The position numbers and the translations under genes are program-made. Positions 1 to 9,336 of a stretch of DNA of 64,000 nt are shown here, in pieces. Numbering within the stretch: the stretch's first letter is position 1; each line of letters starts with the position of its first letter. Below the pieces are notes generated by a model that was not told the origin of the DNA, ran no database searches, and worked only from the letters and a program-made list of their open reading frames with translations. The stretch covers positions 32,001-96,000 of IMG/VR virus record IMGVR_UViG_3300035660_000001; one strand, 5' to 3'. Source of the stretch: a virus.

Positions 1-168
1 GAGAAGAAGCTGACCGTAGACGTCACGGAAATGATCACGGATGAGATTCAGCGTTGCGAGGCGAACGCCAAGACCTGGGCCCACTGCAAGTGCGCCACCT
101 GCCAGGGGATGGCGAAGGCGTTCCGTGCAAGGGCCGATCGCTTGCGGGACAAACTGAAGGGGCTGTGA
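1..168 (+). CDS. Partial hypothetical protein (5' truncated)
   Basis: Frame 1 open to TGA 166-168; Cys-rich HCKCATC stretch. Confidence 0.5.
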   Translation, partial: EKKLTVDVTEMITDEIQRCEANAKTWAHCKCATCQGMAKAFRARADRLRDKLKGL

Positions 169-320
169 TGCGGAAGAAGAACAAGCGGGGGAAACGGAGA
201 TGACGGACTTCACGCTCAAGTTCATGGACTGGACGCCGGTGCCTCCGGAGTATATGGAGAAGCTCGCCCCGCTCATTTCAGCGGCCGCCCGGTCCCAGGA
301 ACTCATGACCCCGGAGGAAC

Positions 321-641
321 TTGATGAGCTCGAAAAGACGATCCCCCGAAGCTGAGGCTTTGCTCATGGAGGCTACTTTGGCGACCCTTACGCCCAAGCA
401 GAAGCAAGCCCTGGCGATCGTGCGGGCCAACCCCGGGATCCGGCCTCAGCGGTTTGCGAAGCTGATGTGGCCGAACTCGGAGTGCTGGGAGAAGCGGTAT
501 CGGTGCGGGAACGGGACCCACAAGGGAGGCGGGATGCACACGGCGGGCGGAGCCTATCTCGGGAAGCTCCGGAAGCTCAGACTGGTTCATCTCGAAGGGG
601 AGTGGGGACATGAGGGCTACTATGTCTCGAGGAAGAGATGA
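321..641 (+). CDS. Hypothetical protein, possible winged helix
   Basis: LTPKQKQALAIVRANPGIRPQRFAKLM; stop overlaps next start; own start uncertain. Confidence 0.45.
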   Translation: MMSSKRRSPEAEALLMEATLATLTPKQKQALAIVRANPGIRPQRFAKLMWPNSECWEKRYRCGNGTHKGGGMHTAGGAYLGKLRKLRLVHLEGEWGHEGYYVSRKR

Positions 642-1120
642 AAAATCTACTTATAGATATTGCTAAATATTTTAATCTCAATGACCATTCCGATACGGTC
701 TTTTCCCGCTGGGCCCCCGGAATAGCTCAGGCTGTCATCTACGCCTATTTCACCGTGATGTTTTCCCGGGAGTATTTCGTGAGCCATAAGCCGTGGTATT
801 ATCTTCTTCTGTCCGCCGTCTGTTGCCTCGTTTCTGCTGGGATGATATCCCTCGCAATTTATAAGACCGTGTTGGAGGATAAGCTAAAGAACGTCCGCCG
901 AGCGATCGATGAGGCTTGCACTCGCTGTGGCGGTCTCGGTTATGTCGGGTTGGACGGCGATCCTTGTCCCGTCTGTCATCCGACCGATGATTTCGGATGG
1001 GTTGCGGATGGATGCGGGGACTGGATCATAGCTCGGGTTTTTAGGAGAAAGAAACGGGTCGTTCTTTCGGAGGACGATGGATCTCGGGAAGAGCAGTTCG
1101 GAGTGCGAGGGTATTTATAA
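638..1120 (+). CDS. Hypothetical membrane protein with Zn-ribbon
   Basis: Two hydrophobic segments, then CTRCGG...CPVC. Confidence 0.5.
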   Translation: MKNLLIDIAKYFNLNDHSDTVFSRWAPGIAQAVIYAYFTVMFSREYFVSHKPWYYLLLSAVCCLVSAGMISLAIYKTVLEDKLKNVRRAIDEACTRCGGLGYVGLDGDPCPVCHPTDDFGWVADGCGDWIIARVFRRKKRVVLSEDDGSREEQFGVRGYL

Positions 1121-1135
1121 ACGGAGGGATGCACG

Positions 1136-1588
1136 ATGGATATCAAGATGTTCGAGATCAGGGACGTGGGGACGCTTATTCCCGCAATCGGGATCCGGCT
1201 GAACCCCACCGATGGAGGCGAGCGATGGCTTCTGGCTCGGGCCGGATTCGGGCAAGACGTGGAAGGAGTGGATGGGCAGGGTTCTTACGTCCTTCTCATT
1301 TTTCTCACCAGGGACATAGCTCATTACGATCCGGCCCAGTGGGGAGACCGGACGATGCTTCAAGCCCACCTGTTCATCCGTGATAAGTGGTTTGCATTAA
1401 GGACCGGTGACGTGGTCGACGTGCAGTTCGTTTTGGGCGAGACGGATCATCCCAAAACTGCGGAACGGTGGGACCCATCCCTGTTGGAGCTTGCGGGGAA
1501 AGACATGCCTCGCCTTGAGAGAGCTTCGGCGTCTCCTGCGCCTCGGGCGGGACTTTCCGATGACAGTATAATCCCAGATCTTTTATAG
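1136..1588 (+). CDS. Hypothetical phage protein
   Basis: GGAGG RBS upstream; coherent 150-aa ORF. Confidence 0.65.
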   Translation: MDIKMFEIRDVGTLIPAIGIRLNPTDGGERWLLARAGFGQDVEGVDGQGSYVLLIFLTRDIAHYDPAQWGDRTMLQAHLFIRDKWFALRTGDVVDVQFVLGETDHPKTAERWDPSLLELAGKDMPRLERASASPAPRAGLSDDSIIPDLL

Positions 1589-1599
1589 GCGATGGGAGA

Positions 1600-1725
1600 A
1601 TGAGCCTGTCTGAGGTCAGCGAGGTCCGCCGGTGCAACAGGTGTAAGTATGAGTGGGAGGACGAGGGAGAGGAAAAATGTCCTCGCTGTGGATCGGAGGA
1701 TACCGAGGTTGTCCGGAGCGATTAA
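1600..1725 (+). CDS. Small Zn-ribbon protein (41 aa, not in ORF track)
   Basis: MSLSEVSEVRRCNRCKYEWEDEGEEKCPRCGSEDTEVVRSD. Confidence 0.55.
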   Translation: MSLSEVSEVRRCNRCKYEWEDEGEEKCPRCGSEDTEVVRSD

Positions 1726-1738
1726 CGGAGGAGACCGC

Positions 1739-2191
1739 ATGAAGAAGAGGAAGAGCCGAGAATACGTTCATTCCAACGTGGATGCCCTCCGGTTCCGGCT
1801 ACCCGAGCGGGGATCGGATGTTCCCTACGTCGGGCCCGCCTTTGCCCCTCAGTATGCCCGGCAAATCCCCCCCAAAGCCCCAGAATATGCCCTACGGCCC
1901 CTCTTCGTGACGGGTCCAGGGAGTAAGGCCTCCGACAAGGCCTACCCCCTCAAAGCCATCCCCGTGATGGAGATCGATGCGGGAGGCCGGGGCGTGTCGA
2001 TCTACGGGGCGGAGTTCAAGGTCTGCAAGCATTTCAAGAGCCGGGGGGACGTCCGGGTCGAGGTGAACGTATTCGACGTGAACGGGGCGTTCCGGACGAT
2101 CCCGTTCCTGCTGGACGAGGACGAGCCGGTCTACCGGATCAATTCCCGGCTTCCCGGCAAGGTCGTGCGGATCGGGGTAGTGGACATTTAA
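1739..2191 (+). CDS. Hypothetical protein
   Basis: GGAGG RBS before ATG 1739 (MKKRKSRE). Confidence 0.6.
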   Translation: MKKRKSREYVHSNVDALRFRLPERGSDVPYVGPAFAPQYARQIPPKAPEYALRPLFVTGPGSKASDKAYPLKAIPVMEIDAGGRGVSIYGAEFKVCKHFKSRGDVRVEVNVFDVNGAFRTIPFLLDEDEPVYRINSRLPGKVVRIGVVDI

Positions 2192-2207
2192 CCAGGAGGA
2201 TGCAGAC

Positions 2208-2497
2208 GTGGGACCGAACCAGATGACGGGACGGGTGAAGGCAGTCTCCTTCTCGATGGTGCAGGAAGGAGACAAGGAGGTCGTGAAGGCGAAGATCGCG
2301 TTCGAGTCTACGGCCTCGGAGGGATGGCAGACTATCTTACGTCCCTGCTCAAGAAGGAATGCCTCATGACTCTTCAGCCCGTGCAGTTATCCTTTGTGGG
2401 AAGTCCGGCCGCTCCGGAGCCACCGAAGGAGGAGAAGAAACCCGAAACCAAGCCGGGGGAGAAGGCGCCCCCAAAGGAGAAGGCTAAGAAGAAATAG
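2208..2497 (+). pseudogene. Small gene with an apparent 1-nt frameshift at ~2322
   Basis: AGGAGG then GTG 2208; at GAGGGATG the protein-like sequence continues in the -1 frame (MADYLTSLL...KEKAKKK). Confidence 0.45.
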
Positions 2498-2506
2498 CCG
2501 AGCAAG

Positions 2507-2540
2507 GAGGATCCCGCCCACCGAGGGCGGGTTCTCTCTT
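2507..2540 (+). terminator. GC-rich hairpin, possible terminator
   Basis: CCCGCCC-accga-GGGCGGG followed by ttctctctt. Confidence 0.4.
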
Positions 2541-2874
2541 GGGAAAGGAGAACGTGAACGACGTGCTTTTCAGGATTATGTTTTCCGGGTGCGGTTTGGG
2601 CCTCGGGCTCGTGGGAGTCATCACGATGCTCGTGATGCCCTGGGCCTTCAGGTTCGACAAGGACGAGATACACCACTTCTATGGCGGCTGGCTGATGACG
2701 ATCGTCGCCCCGATCCACCTCACCGTGTGGCCGGACTGGGTCGTCTGGACGGTCTACGGACTCGGCTTCTGGCTCATGGCGGACGACTGGTATCAGCACT
2801 ACCGACAGGTCAAGGATCCCGAATACCGGAGCCTCTGGCACAGAATTCTGTGGAGGCTGTGGTTGGTCTTTTGA
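2539..2874 (+). CDS. Hypothetical membrane protein
   Basis: Three hydrophobic segments, HHFYGG and DDWYQH motifs; start uncertain. Confidence 0.55.
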   Translation: MGKENVNDVLFRIMFSGCGLGLGLVGVITMLVMPWAFRFDKDEIHHFYGGWLMTIVAPIHLTVWPDWVVWTVYGLGFWLMADDWYQHYRQVKDPEYRSLWHRILWRLWLVF

Positions 2875-2895
2875 CGATAAATTACGGGAGGGGTA

Positions 2896-2925
2896 TTGAC
2901 AAAGGTAAACGATTTTAAGTAAACT
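2896..2925 (+). promoter_or_regulatory. Sigma70-like promoter
   Basis: TTGACA-N18-TAAACT in an AT-rich intergenic gap. Confidence 0.5.
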
Positions 2926-3022
2926 TATACCCATCAGCCGAAATGACCACAATATATTGAGGTCGGTTCTACGGAGAATACAAGCGGTGTGAACCCTCAG
3001 TCATTGAACGGAGGAGGAGCCA

Positions 3023-3184
3023 ATGGATACGTCCAGCGGTCATCCTCCGTTTTATCGCTGTCCGCATGCACAATCGGGGTGTCTCATTGTCTACTGCGAG
3101 CCGACGACGCGGGTGCCCTCGGTGGGCGTCCTGTTAAATCCGGAGAGTGATCTCACCGGAACAAAATGCGGGCCAACGCAGTAG
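3023..3184 (+). CDS. Small Cys-containing ORF (53 aa, not in track)
   Basis: GGAGGAGG RBS; MDTSSGHPPFYRCPHAQSGC... Confidence 0.35.
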   Translation: MDTSSGHPPFYRCPHAQSGCLIVYCEPTTRVPSVGVLLNPESDLTGTKCGPTQ

Positions 3185-3200
3185 ACCTTAAAGGAGTTAT

Positions 3201-3440
3201 GTGGAGACGTTAGTCGACATCATCCAGAGTGTGATCGAAAACATCTCGTCCCGAAAAGAGAGGGTTAACTGGACGTGGCAGGGGAAGATAAACGACCTGC
3301 CCGATTGGGTCGTTGAGAAGCTCAAGGAGTCAGAACGCCCGATCCATTTGACCGGGACGATCTGGGTCTGGGACGACAACGGGACCATCCGCTTGGGGAC
3401 GACGGGTTCTTATAGCGTCAGTCCCAAGAACCTGTCGTAG
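3201..3440 (+). CDS. Leader-bearing small protein (putative internal protein)
   Basis: METLVDIIQSVIENISS|R; AAGGAG RBS. Confidence 0.6.
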   Translation: METLVDIIQSVIENISSRKERVNWTWQGKINDLPDWVVEKLKESERPIHLTGTIWVWDDNGTIRLGTTGSYSVSPKNLS

Positions 3441-3444
3441 CATT

Positions 3445-3903
3445 ATGGACTCTTTAGTCGACATCCTTCAGAGCACGATCCGGAGCCTCTCCTCCCGGGC
3501 GGAGGTCGATTGGGACATCATGGGGTCGAAGCCGAACTTCCTCGACTTCGTTAAGAAACTAATCCGCACGGACGACGTCGAGGACGGGTTGCGGAAGGCG
3601 CTCGAGCGGGACGGATGGAAGCACACCTTTGCCTTTCTGCACCTGCAGTCGAGGAAGCCCGGAGTGCCCCGCTGGTCTGTGAAGGTCAAGTCGGACTTCC
3701 GGAGGGACGGAAAGAAGTGGACGGGCATTCGGGAAGACCGGGGAGAGATGGACGCCCTGGACCGGACGATCGCCAAGTTCTTTAAGCGTTATCCTACCCT
3801 GCGGTGGGCGGGCCTCGGGGCCCCCGGCCAGGGTTATCCCGGGTACGTCGATACGCAATTCGGGAACTTTGAAACCACAGGCGACTTGGAGGTGGACGAA
3901 TGA
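3445..3903 (+). CDS. Leader-bearing small protein (putative internal protein)
   Basis: MDSLVDILQSTIRSLSS|R, paralogous to the upstream leader. Confidence 0.65.
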   Translation: MDSLVDILQSTIRSLSSRAEVDWDIMGSKPNFLDFVKKLIRTDDVEDGLRKALERDGWKHTFAFLHLQSRKPGVPRWSVKVKSDFRRDGKKWTGIREDRGEMDALDRTIAKFFKRYPTLRWAGLGAPGQGYPGYVDTQFGNFETTGDLEVDE

Positions 3904-3909
3904 TTTACG

Positions 3910-4650
3910 TTGAGAGTCCGAACGAGTGGGATGAATATTCTGGAAGCTGAAAAGTTATATCTCCGGGATCTCTGGTCGATCAAGAAGATCGGTGACCATT
4001 TTGGCGTTGGTTATAAGGCCGCTCGGAATGCTCTATTGCGGGCGGGTGTTTCTCTTCGGAAACGAAATACATTGGGGCTTCATGAATTAAGTCGGATTAC
4101 CCGAGATAAGATACGGCAATCCTGCTTGGGAGACAAGAATCCCAATCATCGTAGTAGGCTCTCAGCTGAAAGGTGGGAACGTCTTCGTTCTATATTAAAT
4201 AGCATCCGTCCAAAGGAACGTTCTACTGAGGCAAGACAACATACAAGCCAAACTAGGATAGAGCGTGGTTTGGCTAAGGGCAACCGCAATCCCATGAGTA
4301 ATCCGGAGGCGATACGAAGGTGGGCGTTGTCAAACCGCCTTAGTCCTAATAGGGCGGAGCAAAGAATGAAGGTAATTCTCGATTCCGTAGCTCCCGGGGA
4401 CTATGCTTTCAATGTGGATGGAAGCGTCCTGATCATCGGCGGGAAGATTCCGGATTTCGTGAATATCAATGGACAAAAGAAGGTGGTCGAACTCTATGGG
4501 GATTTTTGGCATAAAGGAGAGAATCCCGATGACCGTAAATCATTGTTCCGGGGATTGGGTTATGATGCTTTAATTGTCTGGGAAAGTGAGCTCAAAAATC
4601 GGGAGTCCGTAATCCAGAAAGTAAAGGAGTTCCACTGTGATTTACATTGA
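3910..4650 (+). CDS. Free-standing homing endonuclease-like protein (HTH/NUMOD3-like plus Vsr/DUF559-type nuclease)
   Basis: GDKNPNH and GNRNPM motifs; IPDF...VELYGDFWH...GYDALIVWE; visibly AT-richer than flanks; start may be ATG 3931. Confidence 0.7.
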   Translation: MRVRTSGMNILEAEKLYLRDLWSIKKIGDHFGVGYKAARNALLRAGVSLRKRNTLGLHELSRITRDKIRQSCLGDKNPNHRSRLSAERWERLRSILNSIRPKERSTEARQHTSQTRIERGLAKGNRNPMSNPEAIRRWALSNRLSPNRAEQRMKVILDSVAPGDYAFNVDGSVLIIGGKIPDFVNINGQKKVVELYGDFWHKGENPDDRKSLFRGLGYDALIVWESELKNRESVIQKVKEFHCDLH

Positions 4651-5080
4651 ATCACCTACAGAATGGGACGGAGACCGACCAGCAGTATTTTTGGCTGGCG
4701 GCATTACGGGATGTGTTGACTGGCAGAAGGAGGTCGTCGCCGGACTGGCGGATCTCGATATCGCCGTCCTGAATCCCCGGAGAGAGAATTTCCCGATCAG
4801 CGACCCGACCGCCGCCCGTGCCCAGATCGAGTGGGAGTTCCGCCACTTGAGGAAGGCTCAGGCGATTTCGTTTTGGTGCCCTGCGGAAACCGCCTGCCCG
4901 ATCGTGCTGTATGAACTTGGGTCGTGGATCAGGACGAGCAAGAAGCTCTTCGTGGGCGTCCATCCGGACTACAAGCGGAAGCAGGACGTAGAGATCCAGA
5001 CGCTTCTGGTCCGGCCCAAGCTTGCGATCGTCTACTCCGTGGGCGATCTGATCGCCCAGATCAAGGAGCACTTCGCCTGA
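4637..5080 (+). CDS. Nucleoside 2-deoxyribosyltransferase-like protein
   Basis: VFLAGGI..DWQ, LNPRR, QIEWE, PIVLYELG motifs. Confidence 0.75.
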   Translation: MIYIESPTEWDGDRPAVFLAGGITGCVDWQKEVVAGLADLDIAVLNPRRENFPISDPTAARAQIEWEFRHLRKAQAISFWCPAETACPIVLYELGSWIRTSKKLFVGVHPDYKRKQDVEIQTLLVRPKLAIVYSVGDLIAQIKEHFA

Positions 5081-5082
5081 GC

Positions 5083-5535
5083 ATGTATGCCACGATCTTG
5101 ATTCACCGGGTGTTGGTCTACGCCTGGGGTCTGCTCGGGATAGTGATCGACATGAACTTCCGGTATCACCTGTATCTCGAGAGCCTCAAGAAGGGCGGTC
5201 AGGATCCCGCCAACGGGGACACCCTCAAGAAGTATGACGTCTGGCTGAAGGAGCATACCTTCGATCTGTGGACTGCGCTCGGGGTCTACACGGCCCTCTA
5301 CGGGATCTGGGCGGTCGGGATCCTCCCGGATATGCTCAAGCTCGTGGGATCGTTCTTCGGGTCGAGCGCCTACTGGCAACCGAAGGTGGATATGGTGGTT
5401 GGATGGTTCTCGGGGACTCCGAACTTCGCAACCATTTTCCTGGGGATGGGAGCCCTCGAGCTCTTTGAGTGGTGCGGACGTATCTGGAACACGAAAGTGA
5501 TGGGGCTGATAAACTCCCGGATGAAGAAACCATGA
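5083..5535 (+). CDS. Hypothetical membrane protein
   Basis: ATG 5083 just after previous stop; about three hydrophobic segments. Confidence 0.55.
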   Translation: MYATILIHRVLVYAWGLLGIVIDMNFRYHLYLESLKKGGQDPANGDTLKKYDVWLKEHTFDLWTALGVYTALYGIWAVGILPDMLKLVGSFFGSSAYWQPKVDMVVGWFSGTPNFATIFLGMGALELFEWCGRIWNTKVMGLINSRMKKP

Positions 5536-5867
5536 GCCAGTCCAACGATGCGTTCCTGAAAATGGTAGATGCAACGAAGTATGCGGTAGGTTCTGGTTAC
5601 CAACCGACCGTGAGCAGGACCGACCCGGACGACCCGCCCCGGGGAATCTCGGGCGTCCCTTCCTTGGCTCCGGTCGAGACGTCCCTGCAGGCCCTCCGTT
5701 GCCCTAACTGCGGGGCCCCACTGAACGTGAAGGGTCGGGCTCCTTATAACTGCGACTACTGCCATTGCACGATCGTCGTAGGAGGGTATGTCCCTCCCCG
5801 TCCCGCAGAGCACGTCGTTTTGCTCAAGCCAGACGAGAACCTTCCAATGGGGACCATTTTAGCGTAA
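5532..5867 (+). CDS. Zn-ribbon protein
   Basis: ATGA overlap; CPNCGA...CDYC. Confidence 0.55.
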   Translation: MSQSNDAFLKMVDATKYAVGSGYQPTVSRTDPDDPPRGISGVPSLAPVETSLQALRCPNCGAPLNVKGRAPYNCDYCHCTIVVGGYVPPRPAEHVVLLKPDENLPMGTILA

Positions 5868-5871
5868 TCCT

Positions 5872-7518
5872 ATGGCCTTTGATTTCCTAAAAAAGTGGTG
5901 GTCGGCAGAGAAGGGTAAGCAGGTCCCGACCGCTCGGGAAAAGCTTATCAAGATGTGGGACTTCCTCTCTGCCCTTGCGATGGGCGGGTATGATCTCTCG
6001 ACCATTCTCAAGATGGAGGAGGATCTCGTAGGCCGCTACATGGACTACGAGGATATGAACGACTACCCAGACCTCTCCTCTGCTCTGGACATCTATGCCG
6101 ACGAAACCAGCCAACCGAACATAATTTCCGGCGAGACGGTCTGGGTGGAGTCTGACGACGAGAACCTCGCTGGCGAGCTGAACGACATGTTCTCCAAGAT
6201 TTACTTGGATGACCACATCTGGTCGATCGCCCGGGGCGTCTGCATGTATGGGAACGAATATCACGAACTGCTCCTCAAAGAAAACGAGGGGCTTTGCGGT
6301 TTGTCCTTCCTTGCACAGCCGACGATGCGGTGTGTGATCGACCTGCGGGGCGATGTGATCGGCTTCATCCAGAACATCCGGGGGCAGTTCTCCCCCATGA
6401 CGGAGAAGGAGTTCCGGGCCAAGGTCGAAGGCAAGCAGACGATGGGGGACGGGGAGATCGTCTTTGAGGACTGGCAAGCCGTCCACTTCAAGCTCGGGGC
6501 CCGCCAACGCTGGGACGTCTACGGACGTGGCGTTCTGGATCCTGCCCGATGGATATGGAGGCGGCTGGTGCTGATGGAGGACGCCGCTCTTATCTACCGT
6601 CTTACCCGGGCGCCCGCCCGGTTCGCATTCTACATCGATGTCGGGAAGCGGTCCCCCGCCGAGGCCGAGAACTACATTCAACGCCAGATCGCCCAGTTCA
6701 GGAAGAAGAAGTTCGTGAACCCCAATACCGGGAAGCTCGACACTCGCTATAACCCTCTTGCCTCGGACGAGGACTTCTTCGTGGCTACCCGGGACGGGAA
6801 GAAGGCCACGGAGATCGAGTCCATCGGCGGCCTCGAGTGGAACAACATAGAGGATATCGAGTACTTCAAGGATAAGCTCTATGCCGCCATCAAGATACCT
6901 AAGTCGTACCTTGGCTTCGAGGAAGATGTGTCGGCGAAGAACATCCTGGCCTCGGAGGACGTCCGGTTTGCCCGCACGATCCTGCGGATCCAGCGATCGC
7001 TCCGGGAGGGCTTCAACCACATGTGCAAGATCCACCTGGCCGCCCGGGGGATCGATCCGGACAAGACCGCCGAGTTCGATTCCTACATGTCCGTCCCGTC
7101 GCTCGTGTTCGAGAAGAACTACATGGACGTGCTCTCCGTGCGGGCGAACGTCGCCTCGCAGATGAGGGAGTATGTCTCGATGGAGTGGATTCTCAAGAAC
7201 ATATTCCACTTCAGCGACGAGGAGATCAGGGACTACGCTGTGGCCAAAGGCGGAGCCACCGGCGAGATTCCCCCGGAGGAGTGGAAGAGCAAGACTCCCC
7301 CGCAGACGGAGGTCGACTTCCAGAAGCAGTCCGAGCGCATTCTCGGGGTTCACGGGACGAACCGTCAAAACCTCATGCTCGAGACCAAGATGCGCCGGGC
7401 GTTACTCGAAAACAAGGAGCTACAGCAGACCGTCAAGGTATTGAAGCCTCTCATGCTTGAGATCAGGGAAACCGTGAGGGGTTATGGTAAATACATGGCG
7501 AAGGGCGGTCGCAGATGA
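5872..7518 (+). CDS. Portal protein (T4 gp20-like)
   Basis: ALDIYADE, LMEDAALIYRLTRAPARFAFYIDVG, EDFF, IEDIEYF..KLY.A.KIP, EDVRFAR motifs. Confidence 0.95.
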   Translation: MAFDFLKKWWSAEKGKQVPTAREKLIKMWDFLSALAMGGYDLSTILKMEEDLVGRYMDYEDMNDYPDLSSALDIYADETSQPNIISGETVWVESDDENLAGELNDMFSKIYLDDHIWSIARGVCMYGNEYHELLLKENEGLCGLSFLAQPTMRCVIDLRGDVIGFIQNIRGQFSPMTEKEFRAKVEGKQTMGDGEIVFEDWQAVHFKLGARQRWDVYGRGVLDPARWIWRRLVLMEDAALIYRLTRAPARFAFYIDVGKRSPAEAENYIQRQIAQFRKKKFVNPNTGKLDTRYNPLASDEDFFVATRDGKKATEIESIGGLEWNNIEDIEYFKDKLYAAIKIPKSYLGFEEDVSAKNILASEDVRFARTILRIQRSLREGFNHMCKIHLAARGIDPDKTAEFDSYMSVPSLVFEKNYMDVLSVRANVASQMREYVSMEWILKNIFHFSDEEIRDYAVAKGGATGEIPPEEWKSKTPPQTEVDFQKQSERILGVHGTNRQNLMLETKMRRALLENKELQQTVKVLKPLMLEIRETVRGYGKYMAKGGRR

Positions 7519-7546
7519 CGTTCCGGTAAACATTTTCCCGAGCCCT

Positions 7547-7578
7547 CTTGATTTCGGTAAGTGGTTTTGTGGTAAGAT
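7547..7578 (+). promoter_or_regulatory. Candidate extended -10 promoter
   Basis: TG-G-TAAGAT with TTGATT upstream, in an AT-rich intergenic gap. Confidence 0.3.
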
Positions 7579-7684
7579 AGTTAAGTAACTCGATTCACCA
7601 ACCGTCGATTCTAGCGCGAAAGTCCATGATGGATTATTATCCTGGGCTGTCTTTTTGTGAGAAAAACGGAGGTCGGAGTCATCG

Positions 7685-8551
7685 ATGAAAATTTTACGGT
7701 TCACAGGTTCGGCGAACGAGTATCAGTCTGCTCTCATGGCTAGCATCGGGGGGTCGATCGAAGAGTTCATCGAGAACGTCGGTCTGGCCGTCGAGCGGGC
7801 GGGGTATCAGGATCCCGCCCTGGTGGCTACGACCACGAAGGACGTGATCTTCTCGAGCGGCGATCTGTGCTACAAGGCGGTGCTCCTGTGGAATGACTCC
7901 GGCAGACCAACGCTCGGGGATGTGAAGCCGCTCTCGGAGGAAACGAAGAAACTCGGGGAGGAAGTGAAGCTCGTGAAGGACAACGTCGAGGTGGTTACCC
8001 GGATCATGAGCTCGATCAAGTCGAGCGCCCCCTGGACGCAGTATTATCAGACCAACGAGAGTCGGATTCGCGACTATCTCCGGGACGACCTTCTGGACCT
8101 CGACAGCAATCGCCTGCGTCCGAAGTATCAGGCGATCTGCGATGAGGGGATCCCGGAGGTCTATGCTTCCTGGTGGGGCAAGCAGATCCGGGGCAGTCTG
8201 AGCTCTGCAGTGAAGCGGCTGAAGGACCTCTACGACGGGGTGGCCGGGCTGACGGCGGAGTTCGAGGAGAACTACTCGATCAAGCCGTTCATGAGCGTGG
8301 AGCGGGACACGGTGATTCAAGCGGTGACGAAGTTTGGGCATGACTATCTGAATAACGTAGAGGAGGTGATCGAAAGCTTCGACGAGTTGGGCTTGGATGA
8401 TGAAGGGGACAATCAACAGGTCTCCTCAAAGGCGATTGGCAAACTTCACGATGAGTTTGTTAATTGGCTCTACTCCGCAGAGGTAGTAGGGCGTTTGATC
8501 AGTAAGTTAGTTAAGAAACCGATATCCGTCGACATCAGGTTTCTGCGGTAA
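7685..8551 (+). CDS. Putative prohead core protein
   Basis: Between portal and protease; helical and acidic; many hydrophobic-x-Ser motifs. Confidence 0.55.
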   Translation: MKILRFTGSANEYQSALMASIGGSIEEFIENVGLAVERAGYQDPALVATTTKDVIFSSGDLCYKAVLLWNDSGRPTLGDVKPLSEETKKLGEEVKLVKDNVEVVTRIMSSIKSSAPWTQYYQTNESRIRDYLRDDLLDLDSNRLRPKYQAICDEGIPEVYASWWGKQIRGSLSSAVKRLKDLYDGVAGLTAEFEENYSIKPFMSVERDTVIQAVTKFGHDYLNNVEEVIESFDELGLDDEGDNQQVSSKAIGKLHDEFVNWLYSAEVVGRLISKLVKKPISVDIRFLR

Positions 8552-8578
8552 CCGTTTAACACGATAGGAGGACAAGCA

Positions 8579-9301
8579 ATGCCTTACAAGACGGGAAGAC
8601 TCTCCACGCTCGAGGAGGACTTGAAAGTTCTCGGGCTGGGTAAACTGCTGGTCGCAGAGGACCGGCAGGAAGAGCCCGGCATCGATCCGCCGAAGCCGGG
8701 GGAAGAGCACGACGATCCCCCGAAAGGGCGGACGGAGATCGAGCAGAGCCCGGCGCTGAATAACGCCGCCGAGCGGAAGGCCTGGCTGGCCAGCGACTTC
8801 GGTCGTGCGGCCTGTGCCCGGGCGGCCAAGCGGCTGGAGCTGGGGTCCAGCGAACAGCGCGAGACGATGTGGCGTCTCGAGGCGGCAAGGGTGCGCCTCG
8901 GTCGTCGCCTCGAAGGCGCGTCCGTGAAGGACAAGCCCGAAGACGTCATCGTCAACGTCAAGAAGATGATCGGCGTCCTGTCCAGCAAGTTCCGCATCCT
9001 GTCGGAGGAGGGGGTCATCGACAAGAAGGACGCGACGATGGCCACCGACGATCTCGACACGGCGGACAAGGAACTCACCAAGCAGGCGGCCGCTCAGAAG
9101 CCCGAGGAAGAGGAGATCAAGTCCTCGACCCAGGACGTGCTGGCCGTGATGGATCGGTTCCTGCAGGTGGCCCAGGAGGTCGACCAAGCGCTCGGCCCGG
9201 GGCCCCAGGCGGGGACCAGCAAGAAGCTCCACGACACCGACGATCCGGACAACCCGACCCTGGTCGACAAGAAGCCCAATCCGGAAGACATCCCGGTCTA
9301 A
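8579..9301 (+). CDS. Putative prohead core/scaffold protein
   Basis: Directly before protease; charged and low-complexity; AGGAGG RBS. Confidence 0.55.
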   Translation: MPYKTGRLSTLEEDLKVLGLGKLLVAEDRQEEPGIDPPKPGEEHDDPPKGRTEIEQSPALNNAAERKAWLASDFGRAACARAAKRLELGSSEQRETMWRLEAARVRLGRRLEGASVKDKPEDVIVNVKKMIGVLSSKFRILSEEGVIDKKDATMATDDLDTADKELTKQAAAQKPEEEEIKSSTQDVLAVMDRFLQVAQEVDQALGPGPQAGTSKKLHDTDDPDNPTLVDKKPNPEDIPV

Positions 9302-9336
9302 GCCGGGAGTAACCCGGTCTTAGGGAGAGGCTCGAC

